Source: a bacterium (GTDB lineage: Bacteria; Vulcanimicrobiota; JABDET01). From it: DNA of 64,000 nucleotides. Below the pieces are notes generated by a model, which was not told the DNA's origin, did not search any database, and worked only from the letters and a program-made list of their open reading frames with translations. The stretch lies in NCBI GenBank assembly GCA_021800275.1, contig JAJYZB010000002.1, positions 70,997 through 134,996 on the forward strand. Reading direction: 5' to 3'. This document shows positions 27,608-36,637 of the stretch, one piece after another. Position numbers and translations under genes: made by a program. The stretch's first letter is position 1. The number at the start of each line of letters is the position of its first letter.

Positions 27608-27708
27608 CCGATACCCTTTTTTTCCTTTTTCTGATAGTCTAAGGAAAGAGACTGTATTAAATCTTCCGTTTTCGAGGAAAACAAGGGAGACAGCAGTAGA
27701 GGAAAACA

Positions 27709-28131
27709 GTGAAAATGCAACCAAAGAAAAAAGTAAAAAAGGGTCCTCTTTTGTTAAAAGCCGTCAAAAAGAGACCAGGGCAAAAGTCAGATCCTGAGAG
27801 TTCTGCCTCAAATTTTACAAAGAACGATTTATTTGGGATAAAAGACTGCCTCGGAATCTCTGATAAAGAACTAGCTCAAATCCTTTTAATTGAGCCTGAA
27901 GTCTTAACAGAACCTGATTTTAAAAACATTCCTATTTCCAGAATCGCTGATCTGCAGAAGGTCGTCAGCAGGGCTGTCGAAATCTTTACTTTAAAAGGAA
28001 TGAGTGAGTGGTTTCATCAACCCCATCCTGAACTCGAGGATCAGTCCCCTCTGGAAGTTTTGAGAGCGCCAGAAGGGGATCAAAAAATTCTGCAGCTTCT
28101 TGCAGCAATTGAATGGGGGGTACCTGTATGA
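27709..28131 (+). CDS. Xre-like antitoxin with DUF2384 (MbcA/ParS-type) toxin-binding domain
   Basis: C-terminal 'WFHQPHPELEDQSPLEVLRAPEGDQKILQLLAAIEWGV' matches the DUF2384 signature; stop overlaps the downstream RES gene start. Confidence 0.65.
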   Translation: MKMQPKKKVKKGPLLLKAVKKRPGQKSDPESSASNFTKNDLFGIKDCLGISDKELAQILLIEPEVLTEPDFKNIPISRIADLQKVVSRAVEIFTLKGMSEWFHQPHPELEDQSPLEVLRAPEGDQKILQLLAAIEWGVPV

Positions 28132-28703
28132 ATATTTTAATGCAGGAAGGAACATTTTACCGAATTGTCATAGGCTGCCGCAGAAAAGAGATTCATAAGC
28201 CTGCCGAGAACTTAATTTTCGGAGGACGATTTACCCCCCCAGAACTTTCCAATACTCTTTATTTAAGCTCTTCTGTTCAAGGATGTCTGGAAGAAATTCG
28301 ATTTAGAATCGGAGGGGATCTAAGAAAAGTTAAACCTCTTGTTTTAGGAACTTTTCAGACGCGATTTTCAAAAATATTAGATTTAACAGATGAAGCTGTT
28401 GTTAAAGTTTTTTTAGGAGATAATCACAGTAAAATTTTTTCCTCAAACTCTGCAAATTACGAGACAACACACCGTCTTGCAGCAGCAGCTGTAAAACGCG
28501 GTTTTGAAGGAATTTTGTATCATTCTGCTGTTTCTCCAGAACATAAAAATCTGGCTGTTTTTTTAGACAATCTGGGTCCAAATTCGTTTATTAAGAAGAT
28601 TTCTATAGATAAAGTGAATATCGGGTGTCAGCCTTTGTCTGGCCGCAGCGCCTGCAGCAGATCTTCAGAATCGGTCTGGCAGAAGGTTTATCAGGTTATT
28701 TAA
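28128..28703 (+). CDS. RES-domain toxin (MbcT/ParT-like NAD+-targeting family)
   Basis: 'GGRFTPPELSNTLYLSSSVQGCLEEI' and 'GILYHSAVSP' carry the R, E and S positions; ATG at 28128 overlaps the antitoxin stop (ATGA). Confidence 0.7.
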   Translation: MNILMQEGTFYRIVIGCRRKEIHKPAENLIFGGRFTPPELSNTLYLSSSVQGCLEEIRFRIGGDLRKVKPLVLGTFQTRFSKILDLTDEAVVKVFLGDNHSKIFSSNSANYETTHRLAAAAVKRGFEGILYHSAVSPEHKNLAVFLDNLGPNSFIKKISIDKVNIGCQPLSGRSACSRSSESVWQKVYQVI

Positions 28704-28807
28704 AAAATAATATCCTATAAAAGATAAAAACTCAAAATCCTGTCAAAAATTTGCCAAAACTTTAAAACAGGAAATAGGCTCGCAAATCGTAATGGAGGGT
28801 AATAACT

Positions 28808-29488
28808 ATGCTGAAAGTAGGAGTGGTTTTAAGTGGATGTGGAGTCATGGATGGTTCAGAAATTCATGAAGCCGTTTTGACCCTGTATTTCCTTGACAAA
28901 CAAGGTGCAGAGGTGGTTTTTATGGCTCCTGACCTATCCTTTAAAGCGGTGGACCATTTATCAGGGAGAGAAACAGGGGAAATGCGGAATGTTCTCGTGG
29001 AATCCGCCAGGATTGCCCGCGGAAAAATTCGAGATATAAAAGAGGTGAAAGCTGCTGAATTAGATGCTTTGATCTTACCAGGAGGATTTGGAGCCGCTAA
29101 AAACCTCTGCGATTTTGCTTCTAAAGGAGCTGGTGCTGCCCCTCATCCAGAAGTTGCAAGACTGGTGAAAGAGATGCATCAGTTTAAAAAACCGATCGGA
29201 GCAGTCTGCATTTCTCCTGCTTTAATCGCCAGTATTTTTAAAGGCACATCCATAACACCCCTTCTAACCATTGGAACAGACTCCTCAACAGCAGAAGCTC
29301 TAGAAAAAATGAATGCCAGACATGAACCCCATTCTGTTCATGAAATTTCAGTTGATCGAGAGAATAAAATTGTCAGCACTCCTGCTTATATGCTGGGACA
29401 GCGAATCTCAGAAGTTGGTTCAGGAATTGAAAAATTAGTCAGTGAAGTTTTGTCGCTGGCTCGAGAAAAAGCAGGAGCGGTCCGGTAA
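28808..29488 (+). CDS. elbB: DJ-1/PfpI-family glyoxalase ElbB
   Basis: 'KVGVVLSGCGVMDGSEIHEAVLTL' N-terminus and 'AVCISPALIA' nucleophile elbow. Confidence 0.8.
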   Translation: MLKVGVVLSGCGVMDGSEIHEAVLTLYFLDKQGAEVVFMAPDLSFKAVDHLSGRETGEMRNVLVESARIARGKIRDIKEVKAAELDALILPGGFGAAKNLCDFASKGAGAAPHPEVARLVKEMHQFKKPIGAVCISPALIASIFKGTSITPLLTIGTDSSTAEALEKMNARHEPHSVHEISVDRENKIVSTPAYMLGQRISEVGSGIEKLVSEVLSLAREKAGAVR

Positions 29489-29644
29489 GATAATTCAAAA
29501 AATCCACCTTTTCTGATTTTTCAGCGCCCTACTTTTCTCAATCAATTTCCAGAATAAATAGAAAGCAACATGGGAATTGAAATTTTAGATGCCTCAAAAC
29601 ATTTAGAACTTAACCGATCCGCTCCAAAGGTGAAACTGGAAAAT

Positions 29645-29995
29645 TTAAAATCGGCTTGAAGTTGTAATTTTTTTTATAATTTCAAACCTATTTTTGACAG
29701 GGGTATGCTGCGATAAAAAGGAGATGAAATCTGATGGCGATTCTGCATCAAAAACGGAAATAAACTTATGAGGATTATCGCAAACTCCCTTTCTGAACGC
29801 AAAAGCTGATACTTCACTTCTGCTTTCGTCGTTTTCTAATCTCTGACATAATCTCTTTTGCTGTGCCAGAACTGAGACGGCCTGCTTTAATATCTCCACT
29901 GGCTTTTCGTTCTCCTTCCTGCCAGGCTGGAGACCCGACAGGATCATTTCTAGAGCCATTGGTGGAATTTCTATCCACGGCAGAAATATGCCCAC
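29645..29995 (-). CDS. Hypothetical ORF of doubtful validity
   Basis: 116 aa ORF with no recognisable domain; an overlapping alternative frame also encodes a long open stretch. Confidence 0.2.
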   Translation of the reverse strand: MGIFLPWIEIPPMALEMILSGLQPGRKENEKPVEILKQAVSVLAQQKRLCQRLENDESRSEVSAFAFRKGVCDNPHKFISVFDAESPSDFISFLSQHTPVKNRFEIIKKITTSSRF

Positions 29996-30046
29996 CTTTT
30001 AGGTGCTTAACTTTGCCGCCAAAATCTCGTGGAACTGATAATATTT

Positions 30047-30445
30047 TTAAGTTTGCTCAAATCGCCAGAAGTCGCTCGGTTTAATCACAGGAATTCCATC
30101 AAAATTCTTAAGAGCCAGTAAATCGCTGTCGCCACTGATAAGACAGTCAGAGCCTCCATTCCGCCCTGCAGCTAGAATCCCATTATCATCCGGATCTCGG
30201 CAAATAGAAGGGATAGGTAATTTAACATCCACTAGGCAGGCATTTTCTCTAATAAATTCCAAAAACAGACCTACATTATCTTTTGAAAAGTGAAGTTTAT
30301 TCATTAATTTGTCTAAAATCTCATGCAGAATCTGCTGGGATGTCAAAAGAGAATGATTTAACAGGCAGTGGTCCAGAAGTTCGCTGCACGCGCCTGGAGA
30401 AACAAATGCAGCAATCCAGATATTAGTGTCAAAGAAAACTTTCAC
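30047..30445 (-). CDS. PIN-domain ribonuclease toxin (VapC-like)
   Basis: 'KVFFDTNIWIAAF', 'RDPDDNGILAAG', 'DCLISGDSDLL' PIN acidic motifs; GTG start overlapping the upstream reading frame. Confidence 0.75.
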   Translation of the reverse strand: MKVFFDTNIWIAAFVSPGACSELLDHCLLNHSLLTSQQILHEILDKLMNKLHFSKDNVGLFLEFIRENACLVDVKLPIPSICRDPDDNGILAAGRNGGSDCLISGDSDLLALKNFDGIPVIKPSDFWRFEQT

Positions 30446-30513
30446 GAAATAATACGAAAAACATCTTCTTCTGAAAAGATACCTTTACTTCTAGCCTCCA
30501 GCATCAGACGCTG

Positions 30514-30659
30514 CTAAATTTCTTTAAATTCACGACGGGCTAAATAAATGCGCACAGCTTCCCGAACAATGTCGCTGCGATTGACTTTTTCTTGTTTTGA
30601 CACTTGATCCAGCTTTTTTTGATCTCTTTAGGAAGAGAAATAGTAACCGAATCTCTCAT
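30514..30659 (-). pseudogene. Ribbon-helix-helix (CopG-like) antitoxin gene disrupted by a frameshift in an A7 homopolymer
   Basis: GGAGGA RBS then ATG at 30659; 'MRDSVTISLPKEIKK' continues as 'KLDQVSKQEKVNRSDIVREAVRIYLARREFKEI' only if one A is added to the run (plus-strand T7 at 30614-30620); the span is 146 nt, not a multiple of 3. Confidence 0.55.
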
Positions 30660-30752
30660 TCATGTCCTCCTGTATTAAATTGTAACACATCTCTGTGGTT
30701 CAGTCAATGGAAACTTCTCTATGAAGATAAGGGGTTTGCAAGAAGTACCTTT

Positions 30753-32075
30753 TTACTTCCTCAAATCAAGAATTCTCCTGAGCTTCCCTGTTCTGGGATT
30801 GACCCCCATTTTATCCAAAGTGGTCCATTCGACCTCCATCGGATGAATTAAATTTCGTTCCACAGCAATTAAATACGCAGAACGTTCCTGATTGAAACAA
30901 TTCAAAATTTTCTCCCAGGCATTTTTCAACTTTTCCAATCTCTTTTCCTGAACTTGCAGTGATCTGTCCTCCTCAGGCTGAATCGCAATTCTCACCACAA
31001 GACCATCTTTCCTGTCCTTATGGTAAATCATGAATTGAAACCCTGAAATTTGAACCCCTGGATCGGCTTGTTCCATCACAGATCTCATATCTTCATAATA
31101 AACAGAAAGAGGACCAACTCTAGCGGCATCTTCAGCTCTCCCTAAAAGTCGAAATTTTCGGTCCTGATTCTCCCCATGATAAACTTCTTTCCACTCTGCT
31201 CTATCTCCAACAGGATAGCGAATAATTGGCATCAGGCGCCTCATTAAGCTCGTAGCCACCAGTTTTCCGGGCTGGTTTATCTCGTGAATCGGCTCACCTG
31301 TATCTTCATCCAGAATTTCAAGAATAACCACTTTTGAAAAACTTTTGTGCTCATCCAGTTCACAGTCTGCATCCGCATACCCCAGCAGCCCTGCATCCAC
31401 ACTGGCGTATCCAACAGAAGAAATTTTCACCCCAGGAAAAACAGACTGGAGCTGTTCCCTTTGATCCTGGTAAACAGACTCTCCTCCATACAGCAGCTTC
31501 TGGATCCGAATCTCTGGATACACAGAACGATTTTCAGAATAATAAGCTGCTGCACTGAGAAGAGTGGTTGGAGGACCCACCAGAACATTGAGTTTAAAAT
31601 CCTGAATCGTTTTTAAAATAACCTCGATTGGAGTTCCCCCTCCAATCGGAAACTGCAGCACAGGAACAGGTCCTTCTTCTAAAGATCTCATGATAAAAAT
31701 AAATGAACCATACAAATCTCCAACATAAAAAAGATTTCCTACTCTATCCCCTTCTAAAATTCCAGTCCTGCTCATCCCTTCTCCAAAAAGCCGAACCATA
31801 CATGACCATTCTTCACGACTGAAAACAGAAAACTTCGGGTTCCCTGTGGTTCCTCCGCTTTTAAACACAATCCCATCAGGTGCTGCGGAAGTCAGAACAC
31901 GATTATCATGAATCGTGTTAGCTTTCCAAAAATCATCTTGATTGATGATTGGGAGATTCGAAAGTTTTTCAAATGAAAAAATCCCTTGATAAAGCTTCTT
32001 ATAATACGAAGAATGTTTCAGCGCCCACTCCACTATCTCTTGCCAGGTATATTTTTTTATTCCATCCTGTCTCAT
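30753..32075 (-). CDS. Adenylate-forming enzyme of the PaaK/F390-synthetase/CapK family
   Basis: 'FKSGGTTGNPKF' phosphate-binding loop; N-terminal 'YKKLYQGIFSFEKLSNLPIINQDDF' PaaK-like; 440 aa. Confidence 0.65.
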   Translation of the reverse strand: MRQDGIKKYTWQEIVEWALKHSSYYKKLYQGIFSFEKLSNLPIINQDDFWKANTIHDNRVLTSAAPDGIVFKSGGTTGNPKFSVFSREEWSCMVRLFGEGMSRTGILEGDRVGNLFYVGDLYGSFIFIMRSLEEGPVPVLQFPIGGGTPIEVILKTIQDFKLNVLVGPPTTLLSAAAYYSENRSVYPEIRIQKLLYGGESVYQDQREQLQSVFPGVKISSVGYASVDAGLLGYADADCELDEHKSFSKVVILEILDEDTGEPIHEINQPGKLVATSLMRRLMPIIRYPVGDRAEWKEVYHGENQDRKFRLLGRAEDAARVGPLSVYYEDMRSVMEQADPGVQISGFQFMIYHKDRKDGLVVRIAIQPEEDRSLQVQEKRLEKLKNAWEKILNCFNQERSAYLIAVERNLIHPMEVEWTTLDKMGVNPRTGKLRRILDLRK

Positions 32076-32396
32076 TTCACTCTCGCTTCATTTTCCCCAT
32101 TAATCTCGAACACAGATCTGGATAAACAGCATCTAGTCGTTTTTTGATCGTCTCTTTCATGTTCATCTTTGTTATGTTCTGCCCTTAAAAAAGAAATCTT
32201 GCTCTGCAAAGCTTTTTCTTGAGTGGAATTAGAAGCTGGCATTTCTCAAACTCTGGCAAAAATTTGGCCCTAAAATCCTGCATTCCTAGCAGCGAGGATT
32301 AGACAGGGAGTAGATAATATTCAAATCATTTCCCACAGCGATATATTTTCAATTAACAGGAAAAATAACAGGTGCAAGAAAAATGTAAATGAAATT

Positions 32397-33350
32397 ATGA
32401 AAACCGATAAAAAGCTGTTTGGATTGATTTCAGATCCGGCTGATCCTCATACTCTTTCCATTGCAGAAGAGCTGAGAAAACTAGGGCATGAGTCCCAAAT
32501 CATCGTCTCTTCTGGCGGAGGAAAGTTCTCTTTTTACGAAGGAGAATGGAAATATGAGGGACAGAATCTGGATAAAATAAAAGTTTTCTATTTCCGAAAT
32601 ATGCTGAGTCAAACCCCTGCCGCTAAACAAGAAGGGGGAGAACACAGACTTTACAGGGATTGGTACTACCAGTCCATGCATGCTCGGGAAATTTATGGAG
32701 TCCAGCTTTCCTGGATTCAAGGGCTCCAATCTGCCGGCAAAATTCTCGTGAATCCTCCAACCCCAATGATTGTTGGAGTGCTGAAGCCTCATCAACTTTA
32801 CCTTTTAAAAAAAGCTGGATTTCCTGTCCCGCCCACAATCATTACCCGTGATCCTGAGGAAGCCAGAACCTTTATCCAAGCTCATGGAAAAGTCATTTAT
32901 AAACCGGTGATGGGAGGGGCTTTTGCAGAGTTAATAGATGAAAAAGCGATGCAGCGCCTGGATGCCATCCGGAGTCATTATGTGATTTTTCAGGAATATA
33001 TTGAAGGAACCGATATTCGAGTAACCGTGACAGAAGATGAAATTCTGGCTGCTGCTGAACTGGAGAGTCAGGCTGTAGATTTCCGCGCCACACCCGGGTA
33101 TTTGGAAAACAAAGCCGAAGTCAATTCCTGTGAAATTCCGGAGAAAATCTCAAAAATATGTTTTGACGGATTAAAACTTTTAAACCTTCATTACTCTGGA
33201 ATTGATTTAAAAAGAACTCCTGATGGAAAATATGTTTTTTTAGAATTTAATCTTCATCCCGCCTTTCTGTGGATTGAGCAGAAACTCAATAAACCGATTT
33301 CTCACGGGATAGCCGATCTCCTAATAAAAATAGCGCGTGAGGCAGACTGA
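32397..33350 (+). CDS. ATP-grasp-fold ligase (RimK-like)
   Basis: 'VIYKPVMGGAF', 'VIFQEYIEGTDIRVTV', 'VFLEFNLHPAF' ATP-grasp motifs; 317 aa. Confidence 0.65.
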   Translation: MKTDKKLFGLISDPADPHTLSIAEELRKLGHESQIIVSSGGGKFSFYEGEWKYEGQNLDKIKVFYFRNMLSQTPAAKQEGGEHRLYRDWYYQSMHAREIYGVQLSWIQGLQSAGKILVNPPTPMIVGVLKPHQLYLLKKAGFPVPPTIITRDPEEARTFIQAHGKVIYKPVMGGAFAELIDEKAMQRLDAIRSHYVIFQEYIEGTDIRVTVTEDEILAAAELESQAVDFRATPGYLENKAEVNSCEIPEKISKICFDGLKLLNLHYSGIDLKRTPDGKYVFLEFNLHPAFLWIEQKLNKPISHGIADLLIKIAREAD

Positions 33351-33418
33351 CTTTAAGGAGCCAATCTAACTCACACGCAAGGGGTGTGTTATGGGTGAGT
33401 TTCAATTATAAGTGATGA

Positions 33419-34054
33419 TTAGCCATCATCTGTGCCGCCGCCAGGCAGACCAGCGCTCATCATCATCGTGTGCAGACCTCCTGGCTGTGATTGACCAGGC
33501 AGTGGATAATTGATAAAACCAGGGGGCTGCGGGTTTTCCCAGAAAGGGGGATTCGAGTAACTGAATTCATTGACCTGATCATAAGGATTCTGACCCCATG
33601 GATCTCCATATCCGCCATATCCGCCGCATCCGCCAGGAGCCTCTCTCTGAAAATCAGTTGTTGTTTCGTTCTGGCGTCCGCCAAATCCGATATTATCCTG
33701 CTGAACCTGCATATTGCCATTCTGATCAAGAGTATAAGAAGTTGTGCTGGGGCCAGTTCCAAAATCGTTCGGAGGGGCAGGAGTCGTTATCTGAACACAT
33801 TGATCCCCATTTTGATTAATCCAAACATTATAATTATTCCCATTCGCAGAATAGGTCGTATGCTGTATTCCATTTTGATCCGTATAAGTATTGGTATCGT
33901 ACTGACCATTAAACGCATTTTGTGTTGCCTGATCAATGATCCCTAAATTCTGGTTGTACTGCTGATCCTGTGAATTAAACGGCATGACCGGCGATACCCA
34001 GGAAGTTGGACTCATCTCCTGCAGCAAATTATTCAAGCCTCCGATTCCACCCAT
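33419..34054 (-). CDS. Q/N/G/T-rich low-complexity protein beginning 'MGGIGG'
   Basis: AAGGAGG 8 nt before the ATG; 211 aa dominated by Q, N, G, T, with a 'GGCGGYGGYGDPWG' segment. Confidence 0.5.
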   Translation of the reverse strand: MGGIGGLNNLLQEMSPTSWVSPVMPFNSQDQQYNQNLGIIDQATQNAFNGQYDTNTYTDQNGIQHTTYSANGNNYNVWINQNGDQCVQITTPAPPNDFGTGPSTTSYTLDQNGNMQVQQDNIGFGGRQNETTTDFQREAPGGCGGYGGYGDPWGQNPYDQVNEFSYSNPPFWENPQPPGFINYPLPGQSQPGGLHTMMMSAGLPGGGTDDG

Positions 34055-34356
34055 TTTTTTACCTCCTTAAAAGAGCTTTGCTGTTTTTTATATCAATTCA
34101 CTAACTCTTTTTTTTGATTTTCTTTAATTATAATCCATTTCAGCCCTTATTTCTTGCATTCTTGTGTAGAAAATGTTAAAATTTTGTTAAAATGAACCTT
34201 GGACTCAATCATCTGTGTTTAGCGCTATTCCCAGCAGAGGTGAAATGAACAGGAGAACGGAGCTGCAAATCCATTTTTGTAAATTTACCATACTTGTTCT
34301 ATAAATTTGCCGTCCTTTAGTAAGGAAAACGAGAAAATAGATAGAAAAATCTCTCT

Positions 34357-36627
34357 ATGGCAAAAATTCTGCTGGTTGAAGATGATGTCCATATTTTGAA
34401 AACTCTAGAGAAGATCCTAAAAGAGCGAGGATTTGAAGTTGTCACTGCTGCCAATGGCTTGGAAGCTATCGAATTAGCGCAGAAAGAAGAACTCTCAATG
34501 GTCATTACCGATGTAAGAATGCCTGGAATGGATGGGATTGAAGCCCTTGGAAAAATAAAAACTTATCAACCTGATGCCAGAAAATTAATTATCACAGGTT
34601 ATGCGGGAGATGATGCTCCAATTAGAGCTATTCATCTTTCTGTGGACGACTATTTAATGAAACCATTTTCCCCCGAAAAGTTTTTGCAAAGTGTTGAAAC
34701 AGCGATTCTGAAATATCAATCTGAAGCGCAAAAAACTGAGGCTGCAATTTTCTCTTCCAGCCTACAGCAAAGTCTTAGAACTCTTGTGCAGGAGATTGAA
34801 ACAAGAATTCCAAATGGAACTGAGCGTTCCCGAAGGATCTCTGAATTGGGAACAAAGCTTGGTCAAATAGCAAAACTTGAAAAAAATCAAACTGAAATCC
34901 TGCTTTTTCTTTTATCTTTCCATGATCTCGGCTATTTATCTTATTCAGATCAAGAACTGGAAAATTTACTTTCCATCAAACATGCCGAATGTCTGGGAAA
35001 AATTTTCAAAGGGATGCCCGGTGGTGAACAAATCGCGCTCCTTTACTTGAATCACCATATGCCTTTTGAAGAATCAGATGAAAATTTTTCTATCCTGCCT
35101 CATCTCCTTTTCCTCAGCGAGTCTTTCGAAAACTTAATCTCTACAGGGCTCAGCTCAAAAGAAGCTCTGCAGACCCTGTTAAAAGATGCGGGAAAACTTT
35201 GGGAGCCTTCTCTCCTCGAGATGCTTGAGGATGCTTTGTTCAATCCTCTGCAGAGATTTTCTGAAAAACCCTCCTCAAAAATTTATGAAATACTCCTGCA
35301 TCTCGGAAAAACTTATACTTCTATCGGAGAAATTGAAACAGGAAAAGCGGCCATCCAAAAACTTTTAGAAAAAGAACACGAGATAGATGATCCAGATTTT
35401 AAGTTCAGGCTTCATCTCGCCTTGGCGCAGAACTTAATTCGAGATCAGAAATTCTTGGAAGGGGAGGAAGAAGCCTGCAGAACCCTTGAAACCGCTCTGA
35501 CTTTAAATCTCAGCCCACTCATGATCTCATCGGTTCTTCTGGAAATTGTTCTAGCAAGACTGTTTCTGGAAAAGACCGATAAACTGGAAGAATTCCTTGA
35601 AAAGGGAAAAAGCCATTTTGAAAAATTCAGCGATAAACGGAATTTAGCTCGAACCGAGCTCTATTTTTCCATTCTTGCCGGGATCCTCAAAAAAAGTGAT
35701 CACGCCAAAAGTCATTTCGAAGTCTGCAGAAAGATTGTGGAAGAAGAAAAACTTGAAGACTTCTGGGAATCCGAATTCTCAGCCTTGAAACTTATGAAAA
35801 CACGCTCGGATTCTGATCAGGTCTTCAATTCGAACATTCCTGAAGAAAAAGGACTTAAAATTTACTCTCTTGGACCCGTTCGGATTTATCGAGATGGAAC
35901 TATGATTTCAGAAGAGGCATGGAAAAGCAAAAAAGGAAAAATTCTCTTAAATTATCTTCTGCTGAACATGGAACGGCCTGTTTCAGAAGATAAATTATGC
36001 GATCTATTCTGGCCTCAAGGGGATCCAGAAAGATCCAGAAAAAATCTCCATCATGTCATCTATCTTTTAAGAAGAATTCTTGAACCAGACTTAAAAGATG
36101 GGGCTGATTCGCAGTATATTCTTTCACAACACAATGCCTATCAATTTAATAAATCATCAACCTACTGGTGGGACGTCCATGAGTTTAAAGAAAATATCCA
36201 GAAAGCCCAGTCTTTCTGCAGTTCGAAACAGCACGAAAAAGGGATTGAAACCATACGAAAATTAGAGAATCTTTATGGAGGGGATCTTCTAGAAGATTAT
36301 CTGGAAGAAACCTGGTGCAATTTTGAGCGAGATAGATTAAAGGAACCATTCTTAAATTTGCTTTTAGCCGCTTCATCCTATTATGAACAAAAACAAGACG
36401 ACGTGATGGCTTTAGAATTTGCCCAAAAAACCCTATCCCTGGAGCCATTCCGTGAAAAAACGGCTCAACTGGTCATCCATCTCTTATATAAAAGCGGGAA
36501 AAGAACAGAAGCAGTCAGAAAATATCAAATTTGGTGTTCCCAATTAGAAAAAGAGTTAAATTTAAAGCCCTCACCTGAATTCGCTGCGCTTTATGAAAAA
36601 ATGGTGATTGGCAGCACCTCTTATTGA
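34357..36627 (+). CDS. Multidomain regulator: REC receiver, degenerate HD-GYP-like domain, OmpR-type winged helix and BTAD (SARP-like) domain
   Basis: REC 'ILLVEDD...MVITDVRMPGMDG'; middle 'LSFHDLGY...NHHMPFEE' (HD-GYP-like without the GYP signature); 'IYSLGPVRIYRDGTMISEEAWKSKKGKILLNYLL' wHTH followed by a helical BTAD-like tail. Confidence 0.6.
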   Translation: MAKILLVEDDVHILKTLEKILKERGFEVVTAANGLEAIELAQKEELSMVITDVRMPGMDGIEALGKIKTYQPDARKLIITGYAGDDAPIRAIHLSVDDYLMKPFSPEKFLQSVETAILKYQSEAQKTEAAIFSSSLQQSLRTLVQEIETRIPNGTERSRRISELGTKLGQIAKLEKNQTEILLFLLSFHDLGYLSYSDQELENLLSIKHAECLGKIFKGMPGGEQIALLYLNHHMPFEESDENFSILPHLLFLSESFENLISTGLSSKEALQTLLKDAGKLWEPSLLEMLEDALFNPLQRFSEKPSSKIYEILLHLGKTYTSIGEIETGKAAIQKLLEKEHEIDDPDFKFRLHLALAQNLIRDQKFLEGEEEACRTLETALTLNLSPLMISSVLLEIVLARLFLEKTDKLEEFLEKGKSHFEKFSDKRNLARTELYFSILAGILKKSDHAKSHFEVCRKIVEEEKLEDFWESEFSALKLMKTRSDSDQVFNSNIPEEKGLKIYSLGPVRIYRDGTMISEEAWKSKKGKILLNYLLLNMERPVSEDKLCDLFWPQGDPERSRKNLHHVIYLLRRILEPDLKDGADSQYILSQHNAYQFNKSSTYWWDVHEFKENIQKAQSFCSSKQHEKGIETIRKLENLYGGDLLEDYLEETWCNFERDRLKEPFLNLLLAASSYYEQKQDDVMALEFAQKTLSLEPFREKTAQLVIHLLYKSGKRTEAVRKYQIWCSQLEKELNLKPSPEFAALYEKMVIGSTSY

Positions 36628-36637
36628 TTGGCATAAA

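Noticed and set aside
27600-27797. 65 aa ORF between the hyf-like operon and the RES/Xre module
   Set aside because: It overlaps the start of the better-supported Xre-like antitoxin in another frame, is K/R/E/S-rich low complexity and has no RBS.
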